In this document: one piece after another, positions 7,332 to 14,969 of the stretch | Numbering within the stretch: the stretch's first letter is position 1 | Layout of the letters: every line of letters begins with the position of its first letter | IMG/VR virus record: IMGVR_UViG_3300029566_000323 | Origin: a virus | Lineage: Duplodnaviria; Heunggongvirae; Uroviricota; Caudoviricetes | Length of the DNA stretch: 29,363 nt | Strand: one strand, 5' to 3' | Made by a program: the position numbers and the translations under genes | Notes under the pieces: generated by a model | Database searches by the model: none | Told to the model about the DNA's origin: nothing | What the model saw: only the letters and a program-made list of their open reading frames with translations

Positions 7332-8314
7332 CCACTATTACCAATAAGAAACAGTATCCCAGCGAGCAATATCTTAATGAGCTTATCACCAACATAGAGT
7401 TTGCTGCAAGGGCACCAGTTGAAGTCGTGAGCGCAATGGCAGCAGAGCTACAGAAGCGGCGCGAAGCTGATAGCGCAGAACCAGTTGCTTATATTTTCAA
7501 ACATCCGGCCGGGAAATTATTCTGGGCTTTAACGGATGAAAGCAATAAAGAGCAAGCGGACGTTATTCCTGTTTATGCCGCCCCTCCAGTGCCAGTAGTA
7601 TCTGAAGAAAAACCAATGCCTAACCCTCTTAAAATGTACGCGGTCGATGATGTTGCCGCTATTGCAGAGGTGAGAGGCTGGAATGCCTACCGCGCCGCCA
7701 TGCTTCAGAGTCAGGGGGAAGGCAACCCTCATGTAACCCCGGCTCGCCTGCCTGGTGGTTTCACCATTGAGGATGCGAAGGTGTTACATGAAGACCTTGT
7801 ACGTAGCCACATAAGCCAGGCTTTAAGTGGCGAAAAGATGAAAAAGAAAGATCGCGATGCTGATTTGCGCTGGATTCATGGCGTAATAGTTCAGGCCGCG
7901 TGGTTTGTAAAGGCATCACTGGAGCAGAATGCACTATCGGGCAACTCTCCGGTAATTCCTGGTGAGGTGTTGTCCGCAATCCGGGAGGTTGCCAGGATTC
8001 GCGCCGATTTCGATGATTTTGACGGTGACAGGCGAGGTATCGGTGATTGTCTGGATGAGGCCGAGCAAGAGCTTATCGTTACCATTAACAAATATGCCAG
8101 TCAGTTGGCAGTAGAGCCGGTAGTACCTGATGACGTTCTGGAACAGACAGTAGCGTCGCCAGCGCTAGGTAACCAGGTTAGCGAATTAACAATGTGGGTT
8201 AAACGACTGGTCAGTCAACTGAAAAAAGCTCAGCCGGACTGCAAATTACCGGAGAAGGCGATGGATTACCTGAAACGAAATGGACTGATAAGCGTGGAGG
8301 ATGTTTTACGATGA
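7328..8314 (+). CDS. Hypothetical prophage protein (328 aa), N-terminal module paralogous to 6557-6964
   Basis: ATG overlaps HNH stop (ATGA); contains AEPVAYIFKHPAGKLFW…VYAAPPVPVVSEE matching the 135-aa protein; C-terminal 230 aa unrecognised. Confidence 0.75.
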   Translation: MTTITNKKQYPSEQYLNELITNIEFAARAPVEVVSAMAAELQKRREADSAEPVAYIFKHPAGKLFWALTDESNKEQADVIPVYAAPPVPVVSEEKPMPNPLKMYAVDDVAAIAEVRGWNAYRAAMLQSQGEGNPHVTPARLPGGFTIEDAKVLHEDLVRSHISQALSGEKMKKKDRDADLRWIHGVIVQAAWFVKASLEQNALSGNSPVIPGEVLSAIREVARIRADFDDFDGDRRGIGDCLDEAEQELIVTINKYASQLAVEPVVPDDVLEQTVASPALGNQVSELTMWVKRLVSQLKKAQPDCKLPEKAMDYLKRNGLISVEDVLR

Positions 8315-8434
8315 ATATTTAGACTAAAGAGTTTGTAACGCTATGTAAGTGATTTTTTCTGGTTTAGATATTTATATGTCCGGCCAAATTGAGGTGTGTT
8401 TAAATGTTATTGCACATTGATTGTAGGGGGAATA

Positions 8435-8614
8435 ATGAAAAACGCATTGCAGTTTTTGTTTGTTGCGTTCTGGTTGTTCGCATCATGTATGCCCATCATC
8501 TTCACAGCAAGGTATATGGAAAAAATTGATGTTTTGATATTAATGTTTGGACATATAAATGCCCTTTTTTTAGGGGTGTTCATGGCGGTCATGTGCATTG
8601 AATACTGGCGGTAA
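8435..8614 (+). CDS. Small hydrophobic protein (59 aa, two predicted TM helices)
   Basis: AGGGGGAA RBS 4 nt before ATG 8435; product MKNALQFLFVAFWLFASCMPIIFTARYMEKIDVLILMFGHINALFLGVFMAVMCIEYWR has two hydrophobic stretches; lies in an AT-rich islet flanked by direct repeats. Confidence 0.45.
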   Translation: MKNALQFLFVAFWLFASCMPIIFTARYMEKIDVLILMFGHINALFLGVFMAVMCIEYWR

Positions 8615-8843
8615 ATACAGCGAACGCCATTGGTTTAGTTGGATATTTACTGTGCCGGACAAAAACGGTTTGCGGGGAAATCTTAGTTAAGTAGAATAAC
8701 TGCGGGTGCTTGAGGCTATCTGTCTCAGGCATGAACACCAAAAGGCAGATAGAGAAAAGCCCCAGTTAACATTACGCGTCCTGCAAGACGCTTAACATTA
8801 ATCTGAGGCCATATCTATGCGACACATAGAGATTAGCCTCTTA

Positions 8844-8890
8844 NNNNNNNNNNNNNNNNNNNNNNNNNNNNNNNNNNNNNNNNNNNNNNN
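8844..8890. other. Run of 47 N (assembly gap or masked bases)
   Basis: Literal n characters in the sequence; interrupts the hok-type toxin locus. Confidence 1.
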
Positions 8891-9027
8891 TGTTAATCGC
8901 CCTGATCGTCATCTGTTTAACCGTCATAGTGACGGCACTGGTAACGAGGAAAGACCTCTGCGAGGTACGAATCCGAACCGGCCAGACGGAGGTCGCTGTC
9001 TTCACAGCTTACGAACCTGAGGAGTAA
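8891..9027 (+). CDS. hokD: Hok-family type I toxin (HokD/RelF-like), 5' end hidden in the N run
   Basis: Translation after the gap reads LIALIVICLTVIVTALVTRKDLCEVRIRTGQTEVAVFTAYEPEE*, matching remembered HokD/RelF; upstream leader resembles hok mRNA 5' end; overlapping mok-like frame (8817-9020) also open. Confidence 0.8.
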
Positions 9028-9096
9028 GAGACCAGGCGAGGGAGAAATCCCTCGCCACCTCTGATGTGGCAGGCATCCTCAACGCACCCGCACTTA

Positions 9097-9120
9097 ACCC
9101 GCTTCGGCGGGTTTTTGTTT
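9097..9120 (+). terminator. Rho-independent terminator at 3' end of hok mRNA
   Basis: ACCCGC-TTCG-GCGGGT hairpin followed by TTTTTGTTTTT. Confidence 0.7.
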
Positions 9121-9243
9121 TTATTTTCAACGCATTTGAAGTTCTGGACGGTGCCGGAATAGAATCAAAAATACTTAAGTAGCGCGCAGGGATAAGAGGG
9201 ATGGTCCCTTAAAGGGGAGAGCTAATTATCCGGAAGGATTCTG

Positions 9244-9495
9244 ATGATGAACATCGAAGAACTGCGTAAAATTTTTTGTGAAGATGGCCTCTATGCTGTG
9301 TGCGTTGAAAATGGAAATATTGTTAGCCATTACCGCATTGTGTGTTTGCAAAAAAATGGGGCTGCGTTAATTAATTTTGTGGATGCCCGAGTGACGGACG
9401 GATTTATCTTGCACGACGGTGAGTTTGTCACTTCATTACAGGCATTGAAAGAGATCGGAATAAAAGCTGGCTTTTCTGCTTTTTCAGAAGAATAA
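9244..9495 (+). CDS. Small prophage protein (83 aa), possibly the Qin rem homologue by position
   Basis: GGAAGGA RBS, tandem ATG start; 83 aa and located between the hok locus and the DUF968 gene, the position and length of rem in Qin; identity by synteny only. Confidence 0.55.
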   Translation: MMNIEELRKIFCEDGLYAVCVENGNIVSHYRIVCLQKNGAALINFVDARVTDGFILHDGEFVTSLQALKEIGIKAGFSAFSEE

Positions 9496-9561
9496 ACTCA
9501 TCTACAATCTTGCGCGGGGCTGAACTCCCGCTGAGTAACACCGTGCCACCGGAGAAAACCG

Positions 9562-9840
9562 ATGGCACGCAACGCAAAATATTACAATCATGATAATTCG
9601 ACCGTTCTTGCCCACACGCACGAGCGGTATTCTCATGCATTTAAGTCAGACTGGTACCAGCATCCCCCATGCACTGAAGAACAGGCCGAGTGGCTAATTC
9701 AGTGCTACCGCAGACACGGATACGAGATTAAGAAAGCCCTCAGCCTCGATTATCGTCACTGGATAATCTCCGTCAGGCTCCCTTACTCCGAACGGCCACC
9801 GCGTCCGTCCCGCACATTCCAGCAACGCATCTGGAGGTAA
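9562..9840 (+). CDS. Hypothetical protein (92 aa)
   Basis: GGAG RBS before ATG 9562; stop is 1 nt before the DUF968 GTG start; may be an upstream fragment of a longer DUF968-type gene in the +1 frame. Confidence 0.45.
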   Translation: MARNAKYYNHDNSTVLAHTHERYSHAFKSDWYQHPPCTEEQAEWLIQCYRRHGYEIKKALSLDYRHWIISVRLPYSERPPRPSRTFQQRIWR

Positions 9841-9841
9841 C

Positions 9842-10900
9842 GTGCGGGTATTACTTCGACCTGTTCTGGTACCGGAACTTGGGCTGGTGGTGCTAAAACC
9901 GGGCCGTGAATCCATGCCGGTATTCCACAATACCCGGGTACTGGTGGAGCCGGAACCGAAAAGCATGCGTAATCTGTCGTCCGGGGTCGTTCCTGCCGTT
10001 CGCCAGCCGCTGGCGGAGGATAAATCATTACTGCCATTTTTCAGCGACGAACGAGTGATTCGTGCTGCTGGTGGCGCTGGCGCATTGTCTGACTGGTTAC
10101 TGCGCCATGTTAAATCCTGCCAGTGGCCACACGGCGATTATCACCACAGTGAAACCGTCATTCACCGTTATGGTACCGGCGCAATGGTGTTGTGCTGGCA
10201 CTGCGACAACCAGCTGCGCGACCAGACCTCCGAATCACTCGGGCAACTTGCTCACCAAAACCTGTCTGCATGGATGATTGACGTCATACGCCATGCAATG
10301 AATGGCTCGCAGGAACGGGAATTATCGCTGGCTGAATTATCCTGGTGGGCGGTCCGCAATCAGGTGGCGGACGCGCTACCGGAAGCGGTATTACGTCGTT
10401 CGCTGGGGTTGCGTGCGGAAAAAATCCGCTCAATGTACCGTGAAAGCGACATCGTACCGGGAGAGCAGACCGCCACCAGCATACTGAAACAGCGCACAAA
10501 AAATCTTGCGCCGCTGCCTCACGCCCACCAGCAACAGAACCCACCACAGGAAAAGACGGTGGTCAGCATTGCCGTTGATCCGGAATCTCCGGCTCAGTAT
10601 CTCCAGCGCCAGAAACCACAACGGGAAGAGATGCCTGTATACACGCGCTGGGTAAAAACGCAGAAATGCATGACGTGTGGCAATCAGGCAGATGATCCGC
10701 ATCACATCATTGGTCATGGACTGGGAGGGATGGGAACAAAGGCTGACGATTTGTTTGTTATTCCGCTGTGTCGTAAATGCCATAACGAACTACACGCCGG
10801 GGTAAAAGATTTTGAAGAAAAACACGGTAGTCAGTTGTTGTTGCTGATTCGTTTTTTAATGCACGCGAGAAATTCGGGTGTTCTGAAGTGGAAAGCATAA
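9842..10900 (+). CDS. ydfU: DUF968-family protein (YdfU-like)
   Basis: 352-aa ORF with C-terminal Cys/His cluster CMTCGNQADDPHHIIGHGLGGMGTKADDLFVIPLCRKCHNELH; position between rem-like gene and rusA/Q matches Qin ydfU; GTG start with GGAGG RBS. Confidence 0.7.
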   Translation: MRVLLRPVLVPELGLVVLKPGRESMPVFHNTRVLVEPEPKSMRNLSSGVVPAVRQPLAEDKSLLPFFSDERVIRAAGGAGALSDWLLRHVKSCQWPHGDYHHSETVIHRYGTGAMVLCWHCDNQLRDQTSESLGQLAHQNLSAWMIDVIRHAMNGSQERELSLAELSWWAVRNQVADALPEAVLRRSLGLRAEKIRSMYRESDIVPGEQTATSILKQRTKNLAPLPHAHQQQNPPQEKTVVSIAVDPESPAQYLQRQKPQREEMPVYTRWVKTQKCMTCGNQADDPHHIIGHGLGGMGTKADDLFVIPLCRKCHNELHAGVKDFEEKHGSQLLLLIRFLMHARNSGVLKWKA

Positions 10901-11269
10901 ATGACCGAACGCATAGAATTTGTTTTGCCTTACTCGCCGACGGTGAACACTTACTGGCGACGCCGTGGCAGCACATATTTTGTATCAAAAGCCGGGGAGC
11001 GTTATCGCCGGGCAGTGGCGCTTATTGTTCGCCAGCAGCGACTGAAATTAAGCCTGTCCGGACGGCTGGCAATAAAAATTATTGCAGAGCCACCGGATAA
11101 GCGTCGTCGTGACCTGGACAATATTCTGAAAGCACCACTGGATGCGCTGACGCACGCGGGGTTGTTAATGGACGATGAGCAGTTTGATGAAATCAATATT
11201 GTACGTGGCCAGCCAGTATCTGGTGGACGGCTGGAGATAAGAATTACAGAGGTGGGTGTGCATGAATAA
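10901..11269 (+). CDS. rusA: Holliday junction resolvase RusA
   Basis: Product aligns along its length with remembered E. coli RusA (…PPDKRRRDLDNILKAPLDALTHAGLLMDDEQ…GGRLEIRITEVG vs …[31 protein letters not shown]…GGRLELTITEMG). Confidence 0.9.
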   Translation: MTERIEFVLPYSPTVNTYWRRRGSTYFVSKAGERYRRAVALIVRQQRLKLSLSGRLAIKIIAEPPDKRRRDLDNILKAPLDALTHAGLLMDDEQFDEINIVRGQPVSGGRLEIRITEVGVHE

Positions 11270-11951
11270 CCAGTATTTACAGTTTGTTCGTGAGCAACTC
11301 ATGATTGCCACTGCAGATCTCAGTGGGTCGACAAAATGCCAGCTGGAAGCCTGGCAGGAAAATGCCCTGTTCGATACAGGGCGTTACAGACGCAAAAAAA
11401 TTCGTTACCGCGATGAGGTAACCGGAAAAATGATCACGCGGGATAATCCCCCGATCCAGGGTAAACAATCACTGGCGAAAGGCTCATCAATTGCGCTGGT
11501 CAGTCCTGTTGAGTTTGCAACATCATCGTGGCGGCGTGCTGTTCTGGAACTGGAAGAACATCAGAAGGCGTGGTTGTTGTGGTGTTATGGCGGAAACATT
11601 TGCTGGGAGCATCAGATCGCGATAACGCAGTGGGGGTGGAGTGAATTTAAAACTCAGTCCGGCTCCAGAAAAATTGCAGTGAAAACGCTGGAGCGTGTGA
11701 AGAAGTTGATCTGGCTGGCGGCACAGGATGTCAGAGGATGGGTTACCGGGTGTGAGGTCTACCAGAGACAGGAGCTTGCCAGACTGTGTGGAGTTAAGCC
11801 TGATAACTGGAGCCATAATTATGCGAACTACTGGCGTGAGATGTGCGATATTTTTAAGCGCCTCGATAGAGAATCCTTGATTTGCTCCGTGAAAATAAGA
11901 GCGCAACAAAAAGCGACCTTTTCACGACGAGATATTGCAAAAGTCAATTAA
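11262..11951 (+). CDS. Late-gene antitermination protein Q-like
   Basis: Position immediately after rusA and immediately before a short promoter-terminator unit; ~230 aa as expected for Q-family antiterminators; sequence identity to a specific Q type not verified. Confidence 0.7.
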   Translation: MNNQYLQFVREQLMIATADLSGSTKCQLEAWQENALFDTGRYRRKKIRYRDEVTGKMITRDNPPIQGKQSLAKGSSIALVSPVEFATSSWRRAVLELEEHQKAWLLWCYGGNICWEHQIAITQWGWSEFKTQSGSRKIAVKTLERVKKLIWLAAQDVRGWVTGCEVYQRQELARLCGVKPDNWSHNYANYWREMCDIFKRLDRESLICSVKIRAQQKATFSRRDIAKVN

Positions 11952-11959
11952 ATCGCGTA

Positions 11960-12012
11960 TGTTTCGTATAAATCTGATATTTTGCCGATTTTGTACGTGA
12001 TGGCAAAGTAAG
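11960..12012 (+). promoter_or_regulatory. Candidate late promoter PR' / Q-utilisation region
   Basis: Short intergenic region after Q with TATAAAT at 11967-11973 and a terminator ~45 nt downstream; exact -35/-10 not secure. Confidence 0.3.
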
Positions 12013-12040
12013 AAAAAACCACCGCCAGGTGGTTTTTTTT
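12013..12040 (+). terminator. tR'-like rho-independent terminator downstream of Q
   Basis: AAAAAACCACC-GCCA-GGTGGTTTTTTTT: perfect stem flanked by A-run and U-run (potentially bidirectional). Confidence 0.7.
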
Positions 12041-12163
12041 ATGTCCGAAAATCGCGTCAGTACAGTAAACGCGCTGGTGGTTGCGAATACGGGTCTTTCA
12101 GCTTGCCGGCTTTTTCGACAAGAGTTATTGGTATGTCACGTTAACCGGAAAAGGGAAAAAGAC

Positions 12164-12361
12164 ATGCTAAAACAGCAGGATATGACAGAAGCCGCCAGAG
12201 TGGTGTTTAATGAATTAAGCGTTACCGACCCGGCGACAGTCAGGGAGATTGCACAGAATACTTACCTTTCACGCGAACGCTGCCAGTTAATACTGACCCA
12301 GCTTGTTATGGCGGGTCTGGCAGACTATCAGTTTGGTTGTTACAGACACCTTCAGTCCTGA
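12164..12361 (+). CDS. Small protein (65 aa), possible winged-helix regulator
   Basis: AAGGGAAAAAG RBS before ATG 12164; product MLKQQDMTEAARVVFNELSVTDPATVREIAQNTYLSRERCQLILTQLVMAGLADYQF resembles small wHTH regulators (FaeA/PapI-like pattern); tentative. Confidence 0.45.
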   Translation: MLKQQDMTEAARVVFNELSVTDPATVREIAQNTYLSRERCQLILTQLVMAGLADYQFGCYRHLQS

Positions 12362-12674
12362 AGGCTTTTTTATTTGTGGTAAATGGGCGGCTGGTGGGTG
12401 TGGTGGTTGTTGCTTTCCCGTTGCTGAAAAAGAAAACGCCAGACTGTTAGCCGGGTATCAGTTAGCGGGAGAAATTTTTAAATACTTCACAATTCAGGCG
12501 GTTGACTGTTGTCTGGTTTGCGGGGAGTTTGTTAAAAGAAACTGGCATGGTGAATCCCCCTGTGCGGAGGGGCAATCAGCGAGTAGGTATATGGGATAAT
12601 CGCGGATTCAGGTGCTGGTACTGAATTCACCGGGAGGCACCCGGCACCATGCAATGGCACATAGCGCCACTCTC

Positions 12675-12705
12675 CAGCCCCTCTCCGGAGGGGCTGTTTA
12701 TATTG
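12675..12705 (+). terminator. Terminator-like hairpin closing the structured noncoding stretch
   Basis: CAGCCCC-TCTCCGGA-GGGGCTG followed by TTTATATTGATTTT. Confidence 0.5.
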
Positions 12706-12730
12706 ATTTTGTCAGATGTGAGTAAACTCC

Positions 12731-13066
12731 TTATGGACTTTGTTGTTTTAGCCCATAAGGACATATTTGCAGAGTGCAACGGTTATTAAAGCATTCATTC
12801 AATACGTTATCTGTATTTGTAGGGCATTCCTGGCTGTTTTTGATTAAATTCCAGAATGTTTTATTGAATGGTACTACGTTGTAAATGGTTACAGGTAGCA
12901 CTTTGTTATTGAGCATGATACCTGTGTGAGTCAGTGTAAATATACTTTCAGGAGGTAAGAAAGCATCCGATTGATACCAGATTATTAATTTTATTTTACT
13001 CCATATGACTGAAAAAGATATTCCGCATGATGGCTGGATAACTGTATCAATCACAATCCACTTCAT
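12731..13066 (-). CDS. Hypothetical moron protein (111 aa) on the strand opposite to late transcription
   Basis: ORF with AAGGAAA RBS 5 nt upstream of ATG (minus strand); markedly AT-rich gene and upstream region (13067-13320); cysteine-containing product with no recognised family. Confidence 0.55.
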   Translation of the reverse strand: MKWIVIDTVIQPSCGISFSVIWSKIKLIIWYQSDAFLPPESIFTLTHTGIMLNNKVLPVTIYNVVPFNKTFWNLIKNSQECPTNTDNVLNECFNNRCTLQICPYGLKQQSP

Positions 13067-13326
13067 TTAGTTTCCTTGTTTATGCCTTGCTGGTGATGTT
13101 CTGAAAAGTATAAATGATATTTTTGATTGTAAACCATAGAGCAGAATTATTTTTCTGATGTTGTTTATTGTTTATTTAAATGCAGGGTGGTTTATATCTC
13201 GTCTTGTAGTTTATCCATGCATATCTGCTTGATGATGAGGTTTTTATTTAAGGTATGGTTTTGTGTTTTTTCTGTATTACATGTCAGGTATTTTAAAGAA
13301 TCATTTTTCAGATGGTGGAAAGAACC

Positions 13327-13515
13327 ATGGCATTTAAACACTATGATGTTGTCAGGGCGGCGTCGCCGTCAGATCTTGCGGAAAAGCTGACACATAAACT
13401 GAAAGAGGGCTGGCAGCCGTTTGGTAGTCCGGTGGCCATAACCCCTTATACCCTGATGCAGGCGATTGCAGCAGAAGGTGATGTGGTGGTCAGTGGTGCA
13501 ACTGAGCCGGAGTGA
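13327..13515 (+). CDS. Small protein (62 aa), DUF1737-like
   Basis: GGTGGAAAG RBS before ATG 13327; product [62 protein letters not shown] resembles small proteins found upstream of lysis genes in lambdoid phages; family call tentative. Confidence 0.6.
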   Translation: MAFKHYDVVRAASPSDLAEKLTHKLKEGWQPFGSPVAITPYTLMQAIAAEGDVVVSGATEPE

Positions 13516-13673
13516 TACTACGTCATCGTACTGGCCCGGCATTCCAGGCCATAAAAGACGGTCTGGCAGTGGGACTAAATGCACTGACGCTGACGGATAT
13601 TACCAAAAATGCAACGTATGGCGTTGAGATAGAAAGTCTGGTGCTGGAGATAAATGCACCGGCATCATCATAA
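13512..13673 (+). CDS. Candidate small ORF (53 codons), translationally coupled
   Basis: GTG overlapping the upstream TGA (GTGA); product (M)[52 protein letters not shown] is protein-like; below the 60-aa ORF-track cutoff. Confidence 0.3.
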   Translation: MILRHRTGPAFQAIKDGLAVGLNALTLTDITKNATYGVEIESLVLEINAPASS

Positions 13674-13758
13674 AAAGTGAGCCAGTCAAATGGAAGGTAT
13701 CGTTAAACTCACCGGTAGTGTCAGTGGGTCGTCTGAGACGCCTGCATGAGTTATCAGA

Positions 13759-13790
13759 GCCATCAGTACTTAACTGGTGGCTTTTTTATT
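13759..13790 (+). terminator. Rho-independent terminator upstream of the holin gene
   Basis: GCCATCAG-TACTTAA-CTGGTGGC (one G-U pair) followed by TTTTTTATT. Confidence 0.55.
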
Positions 13791-13822
13791 GTTGTCAGCT
13801 TCCGGATAACGGGAGACGGGGT

Positions 13823-14038
13823 ATGTACCAGATGGAAAAAATCACAACAGGTGTGTCATACACCACGTCAGCGGTGGGAACGGGCTACTGGTTCCTGCAG
13901 TTGCTGGACAGGGTTTCCCCGTCTCAGTGGGCGGCAATAGGCGTGCTGGGGAGTCTGCTGTTTGGGCTGCTGACATATCTGACTAACCTGTATTTCAAAA
14001 TCAAAGAGGACCGGCGTAAGGCGGCGCGGGGAGAGTAA
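13823..14038 (+). CDS. S: Class II holin, S21-type pinholin with dual start (Met1/Met4)
   Basis: Product [71 protein letters not shown] closely matches remembered phage 21 S21 / EssD pinholin; two in-frame ATGs 9 nt apart. Confidence 0.9.
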   Translation: MYQMEKITTGVSYTTSAVGTGYWFLQLLDRVSPSQWAAIGVLGSLLFGLLTYLTNLYFKIKEDRRKAARGE

Positions 14039-14042
14039 AGTG

Positions 14043-14933
14043 ATGAATAAAAAATATGAACTGGTTGTTAAGGGGATAAATAATTACGGGGATAAGGTTA
14101 CTGTTACTGTGAAGTCGGAAGGTGACGGGCAAGCGTCGCTGTTGTTGCCAGATGTGGCGATTAGTCTTGACCGTACTGAAGGTGCCACGCTGGAGTTTTA
14201 CGAAGCTGAGGCGAAAAAGCAGGCGAAGCAGTTTTTCATGGATGTTGCTGCCGGGTTATGTGAATGGAACGAACCGTTGCCGGAAAAGCGCCCCGTAATT
14301 TTAGAGGCGCAGGATGTGTTGATAACCTACAAAGGAAAGCTACCGGGAAGAATTACTTGTTCTCTGAAGATGCCGCCGTCAACACTGCGGTCAGAAAAAG
14401 ATGATGTTGAATCACGTATTGAAAAACTGGAGAGCTACGTCGTTGAGCTGAATAAGAAATGGTCGATATTGGTGCCTTCTGGCGATGAAAAGCAGTTTGC
14501 TGCGTTTGACGATTATTGTCGGAAAGTGATGAGCAGAAATCTCGCAGAGTGTTTCAGTATTCATAATGATAATTTCAGTGACCCGGAATGGGAGTGTAAC
14601 CGGCCATCCTTTGTTGTATCCGGTGATGCTGGGAAAATAACCATCTCAGAAAATGGGAAAGTAACACCTCCATCGCACCAGCACAGTGAGGAGCTCATTG
14701 AATTTGCCATTGATTACCTGAAGAACAATAAAAAGCAGGGGCTGATGAAGCGCGTTGGCCGTTGCATGGGATATCTTCAGGTAGCCGCTGAGATTGAAGC
14801 GCTGGCCAGTGGTGCTGATAAGGATGCAATTGTGCGGGAGGCTCTTCTTCGTGATTTTAATACTCCACCCTTTAAAAAAGGGCCGGCTTACTGGCTTCAT
14901 CCGGGGCTGACTTATCTTAAAGTGCGTATTTAG
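14043..14933 (+). CDS. Hypothetical protein (296 aa) inserted between holin and endolysin
   Basis: Intact ORF with GGGAGAG RBS; no signal peptide, no TM segment, no recognised catalytic motif; located where lysis cassettes normally have S directly followed by R. Confidence 0.75.
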   Translation: MNKKYELVVKGINNYGDKVTVTVKSEGDGQASLLLPDVAISLDRTEGATLEFYEAEAKKQAKQFFMDVAAGLCEWNEPLPEKRPVILEAQDVLITYKGKLPGRITCSLKMPPSTLRSEKDDVESRIEKLESYVVELNKKWSILVPSGDEKQFAAFDDYCRKVMSRNLAECFSIHNDNFSDPEWECNRPSFVVSGDAGKITISENGKVTPPSHQHSEELIEFAIDYLKNNKKQGLMKRVGRCMGYLQVAAEIEALASGADKDAIVREALLRDFNTPPFKKGPAYWLHPGLTYLKVRI

Positions 14934-14969
14934 TGGGCCAGGGACAGCGGCTGAATATTTAATATATCC

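Noticed and set aside
8844-8890. N run considered as a biological feature
   Set aside because: Literal unknown bases; an assembly or masking artefact. Only its consequence (hidden hok start and sok region) is reported.
8817-9020. mok-like overlapping frame called as an independent CDS
   Set aside because: Frame is open and starts where mok would, but it spans the N run and chromosomal hok loci often have degenerate mok; mentioned under the hok locus rather than listed as a feature.
10430-10783. Minus-strand 117-aa ORF
   Set aside because: Antisense within the DUF968 gene; no independent support.
12303-12599. Plus-strand 98-aa ORF in the Q-to-holin interval
   Set aside because: Trp/Gly/Cys-rich low-complexity product, no RBS, overlaps the end of the better-supported 65-aa gene; region treated as structured noncoding.
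12362-12720. Possible tRNA genes in the Q-to-S moron slot (where Stx phages carry ileZ/argN/argO)
   Set aside because: Scanned by eye for acceptor-stem pairing with T-loop GGTTCGAATCC-like motifs and found none; cannot exclude an atypical RNA without a covariance-model scan.
13187-13390. Plus-strand 67-aa ORF in AT-rich DNA
   Set aside because: Sits in the AT-rich putative promoter region of the minus-strand moron gene and overlaps the well-initiated DUF1737-like gene; composition-driven open frame.
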